64,000 nucleotides of DNA from a virus, in the IMG/VR virus record IMGVR_UViG_3300017917_002814, positions 32,001 through 96,000 of that record; one strand, 5' to 3'. Numbering within the stretch: the first letter of the stretch is position 1; each line of letters starts with the position of its first letter. The notes below the pieces were generated by a model, which was given only the letters and a program-made list of their open reading frames with translations, made no database searches and had not been told where the DNA came from. This document shows positions 38,410 through 47,178 of the stretch, piece after piece. The position numbers were made by a program, and so were the translations under genes.

Positions 38410-39656
38410 TATCTTCCTTTCGCAGCTTCTTCGTAGTGTGCCCAGATACCCCATGGTGGTTCGCAACCTGGGTTGCCTTTGATGATCCAAACAGTTTCGC
38501 AGTACTGCTCATCACCCCACTCACCAAATGGCATACCGTCAGTAAACATAATGAACTTTTTAGGTTCAATGTTTTCAGACTTCATGAACTCCCAATTAGC
38601 CATAAAATCAGTGCCACCACCACCCATGGGTTCGTAGTTCATGATATCGTCGATGTTGTCTGAAGTATAAGTCTGCATGTTATAAATCTCAGTGTCAAAG
38701 CACCACAGTGTGATCTTGTACTCATCAAACGCCTCCATGATACCTTTGATCTCACCCAGGAATGCACGACTGTCTTCTTCGCTAATTGAACCTGATTGGT
38801 CCATCGCAATACAGATGTCAATCATGTCACCGGGCTTGAGTCCGGGTAGTATAGCATCTATGTGCCAACTACGACGACTCGGGCGAGCCCAAGTAAAGTC
38901 ATTTTTAATTACGGCTGTAATCTGTTGCTGCAATAGTTCTTTCCAACCAATAACAGGTGCTGTAATGTCTTTAAGTAAACGCTTGACACCAGCGGGCAAG
39001 TTACCCGCACCCGCCGCCTGTGCAGCACTAATTACAGCACCCTTGATCTCATCGCGGATAGCCTGTGCTTCTTCTTTGCTTAGTTTTGGCTTACCTGATC
39101 CGTCTTGGCTGTCGCCATCGCCTTCCTCTTCAAGGTGATCGTCTAGCAACATTTTTTCAAGTTGTTCTAAATTTATCTTGTCTGCATTTTCGTACAAGTA
39201 ATCGTATACTTCTTCATAACTTTGGCCTTTGAATTTAGAATCAAACAAGATTGGTACTACGGATATCTTCTCGCCGATACGCTGTTCTACTAGGTCTTGG
39301 TTGACACAGTAGTCAGCAGCGATATTGCTCAGTCGCGGTTGTCGATCACCGCGACGACCCATGTGATCATAAACCGCATGCAAGATCTCGTGTCCGACTA
39401 GGAACTCGAGTTGTTTTAGCGGCATTTTGTTTACAAACTCACTATTATAATAGAACTTGCGTCCGTCTGTGGCAGCGGTTCCGCACCACTCATCCGCATT
39501 AGTCAGTGTCATACGGGTAGCCAACTGTCCAAAGAACGGAGCCTTTAGTAGCAAGCCAATACGTGCTGTAGTCAGTTTCTCGCGGGCCGCTGCATCTGTG
39601 CGCGAATCAGTTACGGTTACTACTTTTTGTTTATCAATTACAGTAGAATCTGCCAT
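38409..39656 (-). CDS. Metallopeptidase-like + vWA domain protein (DUF2201-like)
   Basis: TAATDG, HEILH zincin motif, DQSGS MIDAS, GGGGTDF, FTDG. Confidence 0.85.
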   Translation of the reverse strand: MADSTVIDKQKVVTVTDSRTDAAAREKLTTARIGLLLKAPFFGQLATRMTLTNADEWCGTAATDGRKFYYNSEFVNKMPLKQLEFLVGHEILHAVYDHMGRRGDRQPRLSNIAADYCVNQDLVEQRIGEKISVVPILFDSKFKGQSYEEVYDYLYENADKINLEQLEKMLLDDHLEEEGDGDSQDGSGKPKLSKEEAQAIRDEIKGAVISAAQAAGAGNLPAGVKRLLKDITAPVIGWKELLQQQITAVIKNDFTWARPSRRSWHIDAILPGLKPGDMIDICIAMDQSGSISEEDSRAFLGEIKGIMEAFDEYKITLWCFDTEIYNMQTYTSDNIDDIMNYEPMGGGGTDFMANWEFMKSENIEPKKFIMFTDGMPFGEWGDEQYCETVWIIKGNPGCEPPWGIWAHYEEAAKGR

Positions 39657-39679
39657 TACTACTCCTTATTGTGTAATAC

Positions 39680-39708
39680 ATTATAGCGCGAACGGGATTT
39701 ATAGTCAA
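39680..39708 (-). promoter_or_regulatory. Sigma70-type promoter TTGACT-N17-TATAAT
   Basis: Near-consensus, upstream of AAGGAG and ATG 39656. Confidence 0.75.
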
Positions 39709-39998
39709 GTGGTCCATTTTAGTTGCAAATGTGCCAATGTCGCATCATCAAAAACATACAAAAGGGGTTTGTTGTCTTTAGTGTTATAATGCCATGCCCA
39801 TTTAGGCATTGCAAGTGTCCTGTCATATATAAGGTCGTATAACTCTCGCTCACTACTAGGACCGTAGTTTTCCCACAACCAATCTCGCATGGCACTATAA
39901 TTGCTAAATCGCCAAGACCCCCTAGGAAATTCTATACGATAATCAAAGTTATCGTTACCTGCATAACGATGATCTAGTTTAACAATTTTATAGTTCAT
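39705..39998 (-). CDS. Hypothetical protein
   Basis: 97-aa ORF between the AAA and vWA genes. Confidence 0.55.
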   Translation of the reverse strand: MNYKIVKLDHRYAGNDNFDYRIEFPRGSWRFSNYSAMRDWLWENYGPSSERELYDLIYDRTLAMPKWAWHYNTKDNKPLLYVFDDATLAHLQLKWTT

Positions 39999-40001
39999 AA
40001 T

Positions 40002-40036
40002 AAAAAGGAGGACTTACGGATCTAGATCCTGCCTCC
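40002..40036 (-). terminator. Probable intrinsic terminator with internal loop
   Basis: GGAGGCAGGATCTAGATCCGTAAGTCCTCC followed by TTTTT, downstream of the AAA gene. Confidence 0.55.
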
Positions 40037-40054
40037 ACCTCACACGCGACTCGA

Positions 40055-41161
40055 TTACTTACTTGAACCTGCTGCGGCTAACACATACTTGCCAAAACGT
40101 TGATGGAACTCATCAAAACTAGGCATCTTGCCCGGAACCATTGGCAGATTGTATGTGGTCAGTGCAACTCGCGCACCCATAACAGTGACTTCGGTAGTAA
40201 AGTTATCCATCATGAACCGGAGGAAGTTGTCGGCCATCTTATGAAACTCGGCAATCTTGTCCTTGCCGTTCTTCTGATAATAGTCTTGCAGTTCGTAACA
40301 CATTGAGGTAGTCAGCGAGTACATGGCCGAGATTTCTTTGGTCTTGAGTTCTTTAACTTTACCCGCCAGGATGTCTTCGGGCTTGGGCAGTTGACCCGAA
40401 ATCTTACGATGCGCCATAAACTTGACCGCAGTGCCTTCGCCTACACAGCCTGCAATGAGGTCTGTAAGTTCAGCATTAGTAGTGTCTTCGTCTTTACAAA
40501 AATCGCTAGCAAAGGTCCACGAGCGTGGAGTAGCAAAAGAACGCGAACTAGAGCGCGGATCAAAGTCAAACATGTCACTCTTAGCGAACGACAGATAACC
40601 TACAACATCCGCATGGATCTTGTTTTTAACAGCCCAAGTCTGCCAAGATTCAAAGTCAGGGCGAACCTCCAAGTGTACAAAACGATTGGCAAGCGGACTA
40701 GGCATACGATATGTAACACCCTTGTCGCTATCTCTATTACCCGCTGCCACCATAACTACATTGTCTGGCAAGTGATATTTGCCAATGCGGCGATTCAAAA
40801 TCAACTGATATGCTGCGGCTTGCACTGCTGGCGCAGCCGAGTTCATCTCGTCCAATAGCAACACTACAATTGGATACTGAGCCGCTAGTTCTTCATCGGG
40901 CAAGTCAATAGGCGGCGCCCAATCCATAAGTCCTCTATCTTTGTTATAGAAAGGAATGCCGCGAATGTCTGTGGGCTCAACTTGCGACAATCGCAAGTCG
41001 ATCATGTAGCCACCTAACTCGTTGGTGATGTCAGCTACAACTTCGCTCTTACCAACGCCGGGCGGACCCCACAAAAAGATTGGACGCTTGTTTTTAAAGC
41101 ATCGTAAAATACGACTGCGAGCTTCTTCGGGCGTCACAGTACGGGTTTCAGTTACTGCCAT
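40055..41161 (-). CDS. MoxR-like AAA+ ATPase
   Basis: GPPGVGKS Walker A, LLLDE Walker B, AAGN, NRF, TPRSW. Confidence 0.9.
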   Translation of the reverse strand: MAVTETRTVTPEEARSRILRCFKNKRPIFLWGPPGVGKSEVVADITNELGGYMIDLRLSQVEPTDIRGIPFYNKDRGLMDWAPPIDLPDEELAAQYPIVVLLLDEMNSAAPAVQAAAYQLILNRRIGKYHLPDNVVMVAAGNRDSDKGVTYRMPSPLANRFVHLEVRPDFESWQTWAVKNKIHADVVGYLSFAKSDMFDFDPRSSSRSFATPRSWTFASDFCKDEDTTNAELTDLIAGCVGEGTAVKFMAHRKISGQLPKPEDILAGKVKELKTKEISAMYSLTTSMCYELQDYYQKNGKDKIAEFHKMADNFLRFMMDNFTTEVTVMGARVALTTYNLPMVPGKMPSFDEFHQRFGKYVLAAAGSSK

Positions 41162-41193
41162 TTATATTCTCCTTCGTCAACGTGTGAAACATT

Positions 41194-41222
41194 ATTATAG
41201 TATAATCGTGAATAAGTGTCTG
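41194..41222 (-). promoter_or_regulatory. Sigma70-type promoter CAGACA-N17-TATAAT
   Basis: Upstream of AAGGAG and the AAA gene. Confidence 0.55.
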
Positions 41223-41249
41223 TGGCTTTTACGCAACAGACACTCATTG

Positions 41250-41717
41250 TTAGAAGCAAACCTTACCAGCTTCGCGCTTGGCTGCAAGCTTGGCATCGCA
41301 TTTGGCAAAGAATGCAACTGCCTTAGCCGCGTCACGCTTGTATTGTGCAAACGACACAACTGGCATGCCAACTACCTCGCGCTCTGCCATAGCCTTTGCA
41401 TATGCTTCTTTAGTTGGCTCGTCAGATGTAGTCGCTTTAACTGACTTTACTGTGACTTTGACAGTCGCAGCCTTTGCAGGCTTAGCCGCAGCTGACTTGG
41501 GTTTGGCGGCACGAACCGGCTTGGTGGCAGTCATGCCTTGTGCATTGAGGTAATCAATTGCAGCTTCTTTAGCCATTGTAAACGGCAGCTCAATCATGTT
41601 TACTTCTGTGCAACCAAAACGCTCAAGTGCTTTAGCACGATTTGCATCGTTAGCAAATTTGTAAACAACAGCACCGTTCTCAACACAGGTGCCAGCAAAA
41701 GCAAAAAGTTTGGACAT
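41250..41717 (-). CDS. Ala/Lys-rich hypothetical protein
   Basis: AAGGAG SD, own promoter, KPVRAAKPKSAAAKPAKAA linker. Confidence 0.7.
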   Translation of the reverse strand: MSKLFAFAGTCVENGAVVYKFANDANRAKALERFGCTEVNMIELPFTMAKEAAIDYLNAQGMTATKPVRAAKPKSAAAKPAKAATVKVTVKSVKATTSDEPTKEAYAKAMAEREVVGMPVVSFAQYKRDAAKAVAFFAKCDAKLAAKREAGKVCF

Positions 41718-41749
41718 GAATTACTCTCCTTATTAGTTACTGTACCACT

Positions 41750-41780
41750 ATTATAACAAAATGGGTCTTTTTAGTCTACC
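41750..41780 (-). promoter_or_regulatory. Sigma70-type promoter TAGACT-N17-TATAAT (repeat copy 1)
   Basis: 25/27 identical to the element at 42024..42050. Confidence 0.65.
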
Positions 41781-41791
41781 AAAAGTTTTTG

Positions 41792-42013
41792 TTACTTTTT
41801 AGCAACACAAACATACTCTTGTTGATATTGCAACTGTGTGTCTATTACACGATTAATAACATTCATCTGTTGTTGCGAATATTGCAAGTTTGGAGCAATC
41901 ATGCGAGTTGCATAAATTGCACGAATAGCATCTTTGCAACTGTTAACAGAATCGTAAGAACCCATATGAGCTGGCTGTTGATTGAGAGCAACAAATAATA
42001 AAATGTATTTCAT
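41792..42013 (-). CDS. Small exported-type hypothetical protein
   Basis: Hydrophobic N-terminus, Cys pair, own promoter. Confidence 0.6.
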   Translation of the reverse strand: MKYILLFVALNQQPAHMGSYDSVNSCKDAIRAIYATRMIAPNLQYSQQQMNVINRVIDTQLQYQQEYVCVAKK

Positions 42014-42019
42014 GTGTAC

Positions 42020-42050
42020 ACTTTAACAAAATGGGCCTTTATAGTCTACC
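42020..42050 (-). promoter_or_regulatory. Sigma70-type promoter TAGACT-N17-TAAAGT (repeat copy 2)
   Basis: Duplicate of the 41754..41780 element; -10 ends 6 nt from ATG. Confidence 0.6.
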
Positions 42051-42381
42051 GTTTTTTTCGTTGCTTTTTAGCAACTGTTTTATTGGTTGCTAAAGGAGCA
42101 ACTTTTGTTGCATTTTTGAGCCGATGAAACAAATCTGTTGCTTTTTTAAAATTAAAATTTGGATGCTTGTACATATAGTCTATTTTGCGCTCTAAAACTT
42201 GCAAAACTTCTAACAAGTCCATTTTTGTTGCAAAATCGCTATCCATTAGTATTTTATTAACATCATGCTTATCTAGCATGTATTCTACCCATTTTTCTGT
42301 AGCGGGTATTTTGTAATATTGCACTATTGCTTTTTTGTTATTGCGTGTTGCATATTTGCTAATGTAAGTACGTGCTAACAT
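42046..42381 (-). CDS. Basic hypothetical protein
   Basis: AAGGAGG SD, own promoter. Confidence 0.7.
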   Translation of the reverse strand: MLARTYISKYATRNNKKAIVQYYKIPATEKWVEYMLDKHDVNKILMDSDFATKMDLLEVLQVLERKIDYMYKHPNFNFKKATDLFHRLKNATKVAPLATNKTVAKKQRKKR

Positions 42382-42407
42382 ATAGCCTCCTTTTAACGAG
42401 ACTTTAC

Positions 42408-42436
42408 ATTATATGCAAAACACGATTTATGTGCAA
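42408..42436 (-). promoter_or_regulatory. Sigma70-type promoter TTGCAC-N17-TATAAT
   Basis: Intergenic, upstream of strong SD. Confidence 0.65.
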
Positions 42437-42442
42437 CGCTTG

Positions 42443-42808
42443 TTAAAGTTGCAAGTTGTCTAGATATTGTTGAAGATTATCGGCATGCAATTTAAGCAAC
42501 ACAGTTTCTTCTTCGCCTAATAGTAATAAACTATCCGTTTTTTGTATGTAATAGGGACAAGTAAACAGTCTGCTCAACTGTAGAAGTGTTCTGTTGCGCA
42601 AAGGCTCTGCTAATTTGCATTCGTATATTGGGATTCGAGTAAATTTTTTAATAAACTCAATTCCGGTTTTACTGAGTCTTAAATTAGTTGGATCGGTATG
42701 ATTCCACCACCAAACTCGGATATATTGAGAATATTCAGATGAGTCACGTCCAGCTGCCGCTAAAATGCCTTCAGTGTAGCTTTGATGATTACGGGTAGAT
42801 TTGGTCAC
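42443..42808 (-). CDS. Hypothetical protein
   Basis: 121 aa; LRLSKTG, CPYYI motifs. Confidence 0.6.
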   Translation of the reverse strand: MTKSTRNHQSYTEGILAAAGRDSSEYSQYIRVWWWNHTDPTNLRLSKTGIEFIKKFTRIPIYECKLAEPLRNRTLLQLSRLFTCPYYIQKTDSLLLLGEEETVLLKLHADNLQQYLDNLQL

Positions 42809-43076
42809 CTTGTTTCATTAGGACCACTGTGAATTTGTCAGTTTTGAACAAGGCGTTTAGTTTTTTGCAAAGATTGATGGCGTGTCCAGAATTTGAAAAA
42901 CTTACCTTTTTGTATTTTGGACCCGGATACGCAACCAGCATGTTAGAACTCTTTAAATTTATTGGTTTATTGTCATAGAAAATAGCCCAAATTCCTTCAC
43001 TACTAAGAACTTGTTCACTTTTGTAGTTAGACTTGTTTACATGTTCTAACAATATTGTTGGTTTAGGTCTAGACAT
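42789..43076 (-). CDS. Hypothetical phage protein
   Basis: MSRPKPTILL..GPKYKKVSFSN.GHA motif; AAGGA SD. Confidence 0.7.
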   Translation of the reverse strand: MSRPKPTILLEHVNKSNYKSEQVLSSEGIWAIFYDNKPINLKSSNMLVAYPGPKYKKVSFSNSGHAINLCKKLNALFKTDKFTVVLMKQGDQIYP

Positions 43077-43098
43077 TACATTATTTCCTTGAACTATA

Positions 43099-43106
43099 TA
43101 TTTATG
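43099..43106 (-). promoter_or_regulatory. Possible T4-like late promoter (CATAAATA)
   Basis: Intergenic, upstream of ATG 43076. Confidence 0.4.
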
Positions 43107-43126
43107 CTAAAAATAGTCAGTTTAAG

Positions 43127-43336
43127 TTAAAAACCTCCGCCGTCCAAGCTTACTGCTGTAGGTTGCGATGTTTCACTGGCTGATTGTATTTCTGCAATGT
43201 GAGCAAGTAAAGTAAAAATATCAGAATGCAAACTTCTAGCTTCGTCTGCTGATAATGCTAACTGTTTACTACCTGTTTGATTCATTATTTTTACTCTTTC
43301 GTTAAAGTTTTTAATTGCTAAACTTAATTTTTGCAT
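43127..43336 (-). CDS. Hypothetical protein
   Basis: 69 aa ending DGGGF. Confidence 0.55.
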   Translation of the reverse strand: MQKLSLAIKNFNERVKIMNQTGSKQLALSADEARSLHSDIFTLLAHIAEIQSASETSQPTAVSLDGGGF

Positions 43337-43797
43337 TGCATTTCCTTGTGAATATTTTGCATTTCTTCTTTAGATTTGAACGGACCAATGAAATTATATC
43401 TGTTTACTGTGATATTTTTTGGGCAAAAATTTTCTGTCCATATACCGTTTAATTTGATCAAATAGTAACCTGCACAGAACAAACTTTTGCTTTTTGGCGT
43501 TTTACTATATATTGGTAATTTTTTTTGTACATCCCAAACTTGATTATAAGATTTACCTTTGATTGGATATCCATAAACTGTTTTGTTACTTTCTTTTGTA
43601 GTTTTGTCAGGAGCACCAAATTTAATGTTGTACTTTTGTTTGAGATTTTTAACTGATGGAAAATATTCGCGTTGTTCATCGTGAACATAAACAAAGCCAC
43701 CATCAGACCGAGCCTGTATGGTAGCAATTTTTTGCCCATGATCTTCTACTACCCAAAATTTGTTTTTCACTACTGGTTTGGCTATTCGTTCATTCAT
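43324..43797 (-). CDS. Hypothetical protein
   Basis: 157 aa; CAGYY, FCPK, GPFK motifs. Confidence 0.65.
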   Translation of the reverse strand: MNERIAKPVVKNKFWVVEDHGQKIATIQARSDGGFVYVHDEQREYFPSVKNLKQKYNIKFGAPDKTTKESNKTVYGYPIKGKSYNQVWDVQKKLPIYSKTPKSKSLFCAGYYLIKLNGIWTENFCPKNITVNRYNFIGPFKSKEEMQNIHKEMQCKN

Positions 43798-44059
43798 GTG
43801 ATTTTTTCAATGTACTATGAGTAATAATTTTGCCAATTTCATGACCAAGGTCTAGATTTTCAGCTACGATAAATAAATCATCTTCATAAGACTGTCCTCG
43901 ACGCACTTGTACAATGTATCCGCCGTGTGCTTCGTGAACGTCAATTGATAATTTCTTATTGGGCAATCGAGATTTACCGCTACCATATATTTCGCCTATT
44001 GAAATATCTGTACCACCTCCGCCCATGCCACCTATTGTAAATGTTTGTGAACTACTCAT
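43790..44059 (-). CDS. Hypothetical protein
   Basis: AHGGYIV motif, resembles neighbour 44056 (AVGGHI). Confidence 0.55.
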   Translation of the reverse strand: MSSSQTFTIGGMGGGGTDISIGEIYGSGKSRLPNKKLSIDVHEAHGGYIVQVRRGQSYEDDLFIVAENLDLGHEIGKIITHSTLKKSHE

Positions 44060-44325
44060 AATTTCATTTGCTCCAACATGATAGCCTGTGCCACTTGCTT
44101 GGCAAAGTCTTGATCTTCGTGAATCATATACAAGGTATTTTCGTGTCTATCTGTTTTTTCGTTGTATTTTCTAGATTCAAAAATATGACCTCCTACCGCT
44201 CGGTGCAAGGTAAAATTTAGTCCTTCATGTCTTAAATGATCTCTTGATGAAACTACCGTTTCTCGTAGCTGTATAGATTCTTCTTGATTCAACCAATTTC
44301 TTACTGCTCGTCTTAACCAATTCAT
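44056..44325 (-). CDS. Hypothetical protein
   Basis: AGGAG SD before ATG 44325. Confidence 0.6.
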   Translation of the reverse strand: MNWLRRAVRNWLNQEESIQLRETVVSSRDHLRHEGLNFTLHRAVGGHIFESRKYNEKTDRHENTLYMIHEDQDFAKQVAQAIMLEQMKL

Positions 44326-44666
44326 TGTTGTTTCTCCTCTTCTTGACATAATACTTTCATCATTTCAAATTTGTCATGTAAATCTTTAAGTCCAGGATGG
44401 CGACTCATTAAATCTTGTAATCGTGCTTCTTCTCGCATTTTAGTTTCTGCCCACGTCAGTGCCGAGTGTGCAGCTTCACTTAAATTCAAGTTGGCGTTAG
44501 TATCAATAGGATACCATGCAACACCGTTATAAACTTCTATAGAACCGTTGTTACCATTGTATCTTAAAAGACCAGCACTTTGTGCACCTGGGCTTATTGG
44601 CGGCACATTGTTGTAACCATTTTGTATATGAAGATATGGACTACCACTGGTTAAACTTTTGATCAT
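44322..44666 (-). CDS. Hypothetical protein
   Basis: ATG 44666 overlaps upstream stop; G.LRYN..IEVYNG..W motif. Confidence 0.55.
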   Translation of the reverse strand: MIKSLTSGSPYLHIQNGYNNVPPISPGAQSAGLLRYNGNNGSIEVYNGVAWYPIDTNANLNLSEAAHSALTWAETKMREEARLQDLMSRHPGLKDLHDKFEMMKVLCQEEEKQQ

Positions 44667-45037
44667 ATGTATTCTGCCAATAGAACGGAAACTACAAATC
44701 CAATAGTCAAGTAGGTCAAGGCGTGTAGTAATTGATCTACACCAATCCAAAACCAGAACTGGTTGCTGTCGTAAGCCAATTTCACTGTGGCTCTGCGCTG
44801 GAACCAATCTACAGTATAATGCACAACAGCATCAAATACGGCCAACATAACACAAGCCTGTAAACCTAAAAAGTGCATGAGAATCACATAAGTCAATGCA
44901 CCGTGTAGTCCGGCGTGTTGCAAACCACCTATGCGCCAAAAATGACCTTTGTCTCTCAGCATTCTATCCGTTTGCCAACAGAAGTCTGCTAGAAAATGTT
45001 TGACAAACAACAAGACTAATATAAGCCAAGTGATCAT
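44663..45037 (-). CDS. DUF3307-like membrane protein
   Basis: KHFLADF..Q, H..LH, HY.VD, G.DQLLH. Confidence 0.7.
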   Translation of the reverse strand: MITWLILVLLFVKHFLADFCWQTDRMLRDKGHFWRIGGLQHAGLHGALTYVILMHFLGLQACVMLAVFDAVVHYTVDWFQRRATVKLAYDSNQFWFWIGVDQLLHALTYLTIGFVVSVLLAEYI

Positions 45038-45240
45038 TTACATAACTCTTCCCATACAAGTTCTTTGTCATAAACATGACTGCGAAGACTTATATAATTT
45101 CTTGCCAGGGCTTGGTGTATAACCATGGCATAATCCTTTGGACACTCAGGATGAATAATCAGTGCTGCACGAGCAGCCATTTTTAAATTGTCATGAACAA
45201 AAAAATCAGGATCGTCTTGATTGATTTCACGAATGGTCAC
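45034..45240 (-). CDS. Hypothetical protein
   Basis: 68 aa, overlapping neighbours. Confidence 0.5.
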   Translation of the reverse strand: MTIREINQDDPDFFVHDNLKMAARAALIIHPECPKDYAMVIHQALARNYISLRSHVYDKELVWEELCK

Positions 45241-45470
45241 AGGATGCCTTCTTCAACTACTGTATTAGTCCAATTCCTGCCACGAATATACCGTTGTGCT
45301 TGTTCTAGGGTGTCAAACATTTTGGTTGCAGAACAAGCCCCATCTGGGCTGTACGATTTTAATGTGCGCCAAAACTTGAAACCAAATAACCATTTCACTT
45401 CGATTTGTATGGTGTAAAAAGTTACAGCATTGCCGTCTTCAAATTTTACAATTCTATATCTATCTGTCAT
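45237..45470 (-). CDS. Hypothetical protein
   Basis: 77 aa, ATGA coupling. Confidence 0.55.
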   Translation of the reverse strand: MTDRYRIVKFEDGNAVTFYTIQIEVKWLFGFKFWRTLKSYSPDGACSATKMFDTLEQAQRYIRGRNWTNTVVEEGIL

Positions 45471-46456
45471 GCCGGATACTCTGCACCTAAGAATTCACTT
45501 AAACTCGAACTTTGTTCACTCAATCGATTTAATTCATACTTGCCACAAAACTTCAAGAACTGTGCTCCTACCATGGGACGACTTTTACGAACTGCACCTG
45601 CTGCTATGGTCTCTGCAATCTTGGCTTTAATTTCTGCAGGTTGTGCAGTGAGATCTACTAGCACTCTATTGCGTTCATAGTCATCTAACACTCGATGTTC
45701 CACACCGTTATGATCTGTCCATCGCTGAAGCATGAGATTGTTCCAAGCATATCCTTTTTTATGTTGGTCAGCAAATGCCTCATTGAGACCAACTTTGTTC
45801 TTGCTACCTTTCGTCCTAACACCCGGATAGGCGGAAAAGATATTGTCTGTTGGATCTCCGCGCATACACTTCTCAAACAGGATCCATTGCGGATCAGGTA
45901 TGACTTTGGGTGCCTTGGTCTTTTTATCAATTACCAGTTTGCCTTTCTTGTCAAGAATTCCTTCTAGCGTGTGTAGTTCGTCGGCAACACCGTTATATTG
46001 CTGTACATTCGGCGCCAGTAACTGGTAGAAGTCGGTGTCGGAGGATATGATAACATGATTGTCATTGGGGTGGGCTTGTATAAAGCCGGCAATGAGATCA
46101 TCTGCTTCAAGTTCAGGATGCTGAAGAACTGTGCAATTAGTCTTTTCTGCGAGGAACGTTTTAAGATTATCGAACGCTTCCCAAAATAGTCGGTCCTCTT
46201 CCTGTTCGGATTCAGTGAGAGCTGCACGAGCGACTGCACGATTCTTTTTGTACGGCTCGTAATAATCCTTTCGCCAGCTCCGTCCCTCCAAACAGAATAC
46301 CACGTGATCGGCTTTCTGATCCCGCCAAGCCTTATTAACCGAACCAAGGGTAACATGTATGGCAAATCCCAACTTATCCCAAGTGTCCGATTGACGATGG
46401 GCCGAATGGCGGGCACGGAAGAATGTGTTTGCAGTGTCTACGATTAGATATCTCAT
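45467..46456 (-). CDS. rnh: T4 RNase H-like 5'-3' exonuclease (FEN family)
   Basis: IVD, SWRK..Y..YK.NR, EADD, SSDTDF.QL, GD.TDNI. Confidence 0.88.
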   Translation of the reverse strand: MRYLIVDTANTFFRARHSAHRQSDTWDKLGFAIHVTLGSVNKAWRDQKADHVVFCLEGRSWRKDYYEPYKKNRAVARAALTESEQEEDRLFWEAFDNLKTFLAEKTNCTVLQHPELEADDLIAGFIQAHPNDNHVIISSDTDFYQLLAPNVQQYNGVADELHTLEGILDKKGKLVIDKKTKAPKVIPDPQWILFEKCMRGDPTDNIFSAYPGVRTKGSKNKVGLNEAFADQHKKGYAWNNLMLQRWTDHNGVEHRVLDDYERNRVLVDLTAQPAEIKAKIAETIAAGAVRKSRPMVGAQFLKFCGKYELNRLSEQSSSLSEFLGAEYPA

Positions 46457-46462
46457 GCAGTA

Positions 46463-46491
46463 ATACTAGCATATTATAATAACCGTGTCAA
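46463..46491 (-). promoter_or_regulatory. Sigma70-type promoter TTGACA-N17-TAGTAT
   Basis: Perfect -35; -10 ends 6 nt before rnh ATG. Confidence 0.6.
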
Positions 46492-47178
46492 GTGTGGTAA
46501 AAGAAATTCTGCCCATTTTCTATGAGCATCGGCACCAAAATGATATGAATTTGGTTTTACTGTTTTGTATCCTTTTGAAAGTAACCAATTAAAATAAATA
46601 AATTCTTCATCGTATGGATTTAGAAAAGAATTTCCCCATTCTTGTCTTTGCAAATTGTTTATTCTAATATGGGAAAAACAATTATATGTGTTAAAAAAAA
46701 GATGTGGTACATTGAGACCATTTAAATATTCGTGAAAATTCCATATAGTTTCATGATTATACAATTCATTTTTTGCATATTCTGAAGACGAAGCTATTAC
46801 CCATGTTTTGTATTTTTGAACCAACTCGCTTGGCAATCTATCTGTTCCACTGCCAGTGATTTGATAATACACACCATCATGCAACCATTCTTCTCGTTCC
46901 CAAGTGGCCCATCCTATAATAATTGCATCTGGTTTTGTGTGTTCTAAATACTTTTTAGTGGTTCTAATTATTCTGCTATTTGAACTTGCCGATTCGGCAT
47001 CACAATGCAATATAGCAAACAGTTCATTGGCAATATTACAACCATAGCTGGCTCGCTCATTGTCGGGGTGCGGAATACGCCCCAAAGCATGGTAAAACGG
47101 ATCATCCTCTGCAAAGCAGTAATCATTTACAGCTTCTGCGCCAGCACTATGGCTGTCTCCATTTACATAAAGTATCAA
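46474..47178 (-). CDS. SGNH/GDSL-like protein
   Basis: GDSHSAG, SSN.RI, GW...R, YHFGADAH. Confidence 0.6.
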   Translation of the reverse strand: MILYVNGDSHSAGAEAVNDYCFAEDDPFYHALGRIPHPDNERASYGCNIANELFAILHCDAESASSNSRIIRTTKKYLEHTKPDAIIIGWATWEREEWLHDGVYYQITGSGTDRLPSELVQKYKTWVIASSSEYAKNELYNHETIWNFHEYLNGLNVPHLFFNTYNCFSHIRINNLQRQEWGNSFLNPYDEEFIYFNWLLSKGYKTVKPNSYHFGADAHRKWAEFLLPHLTRLL

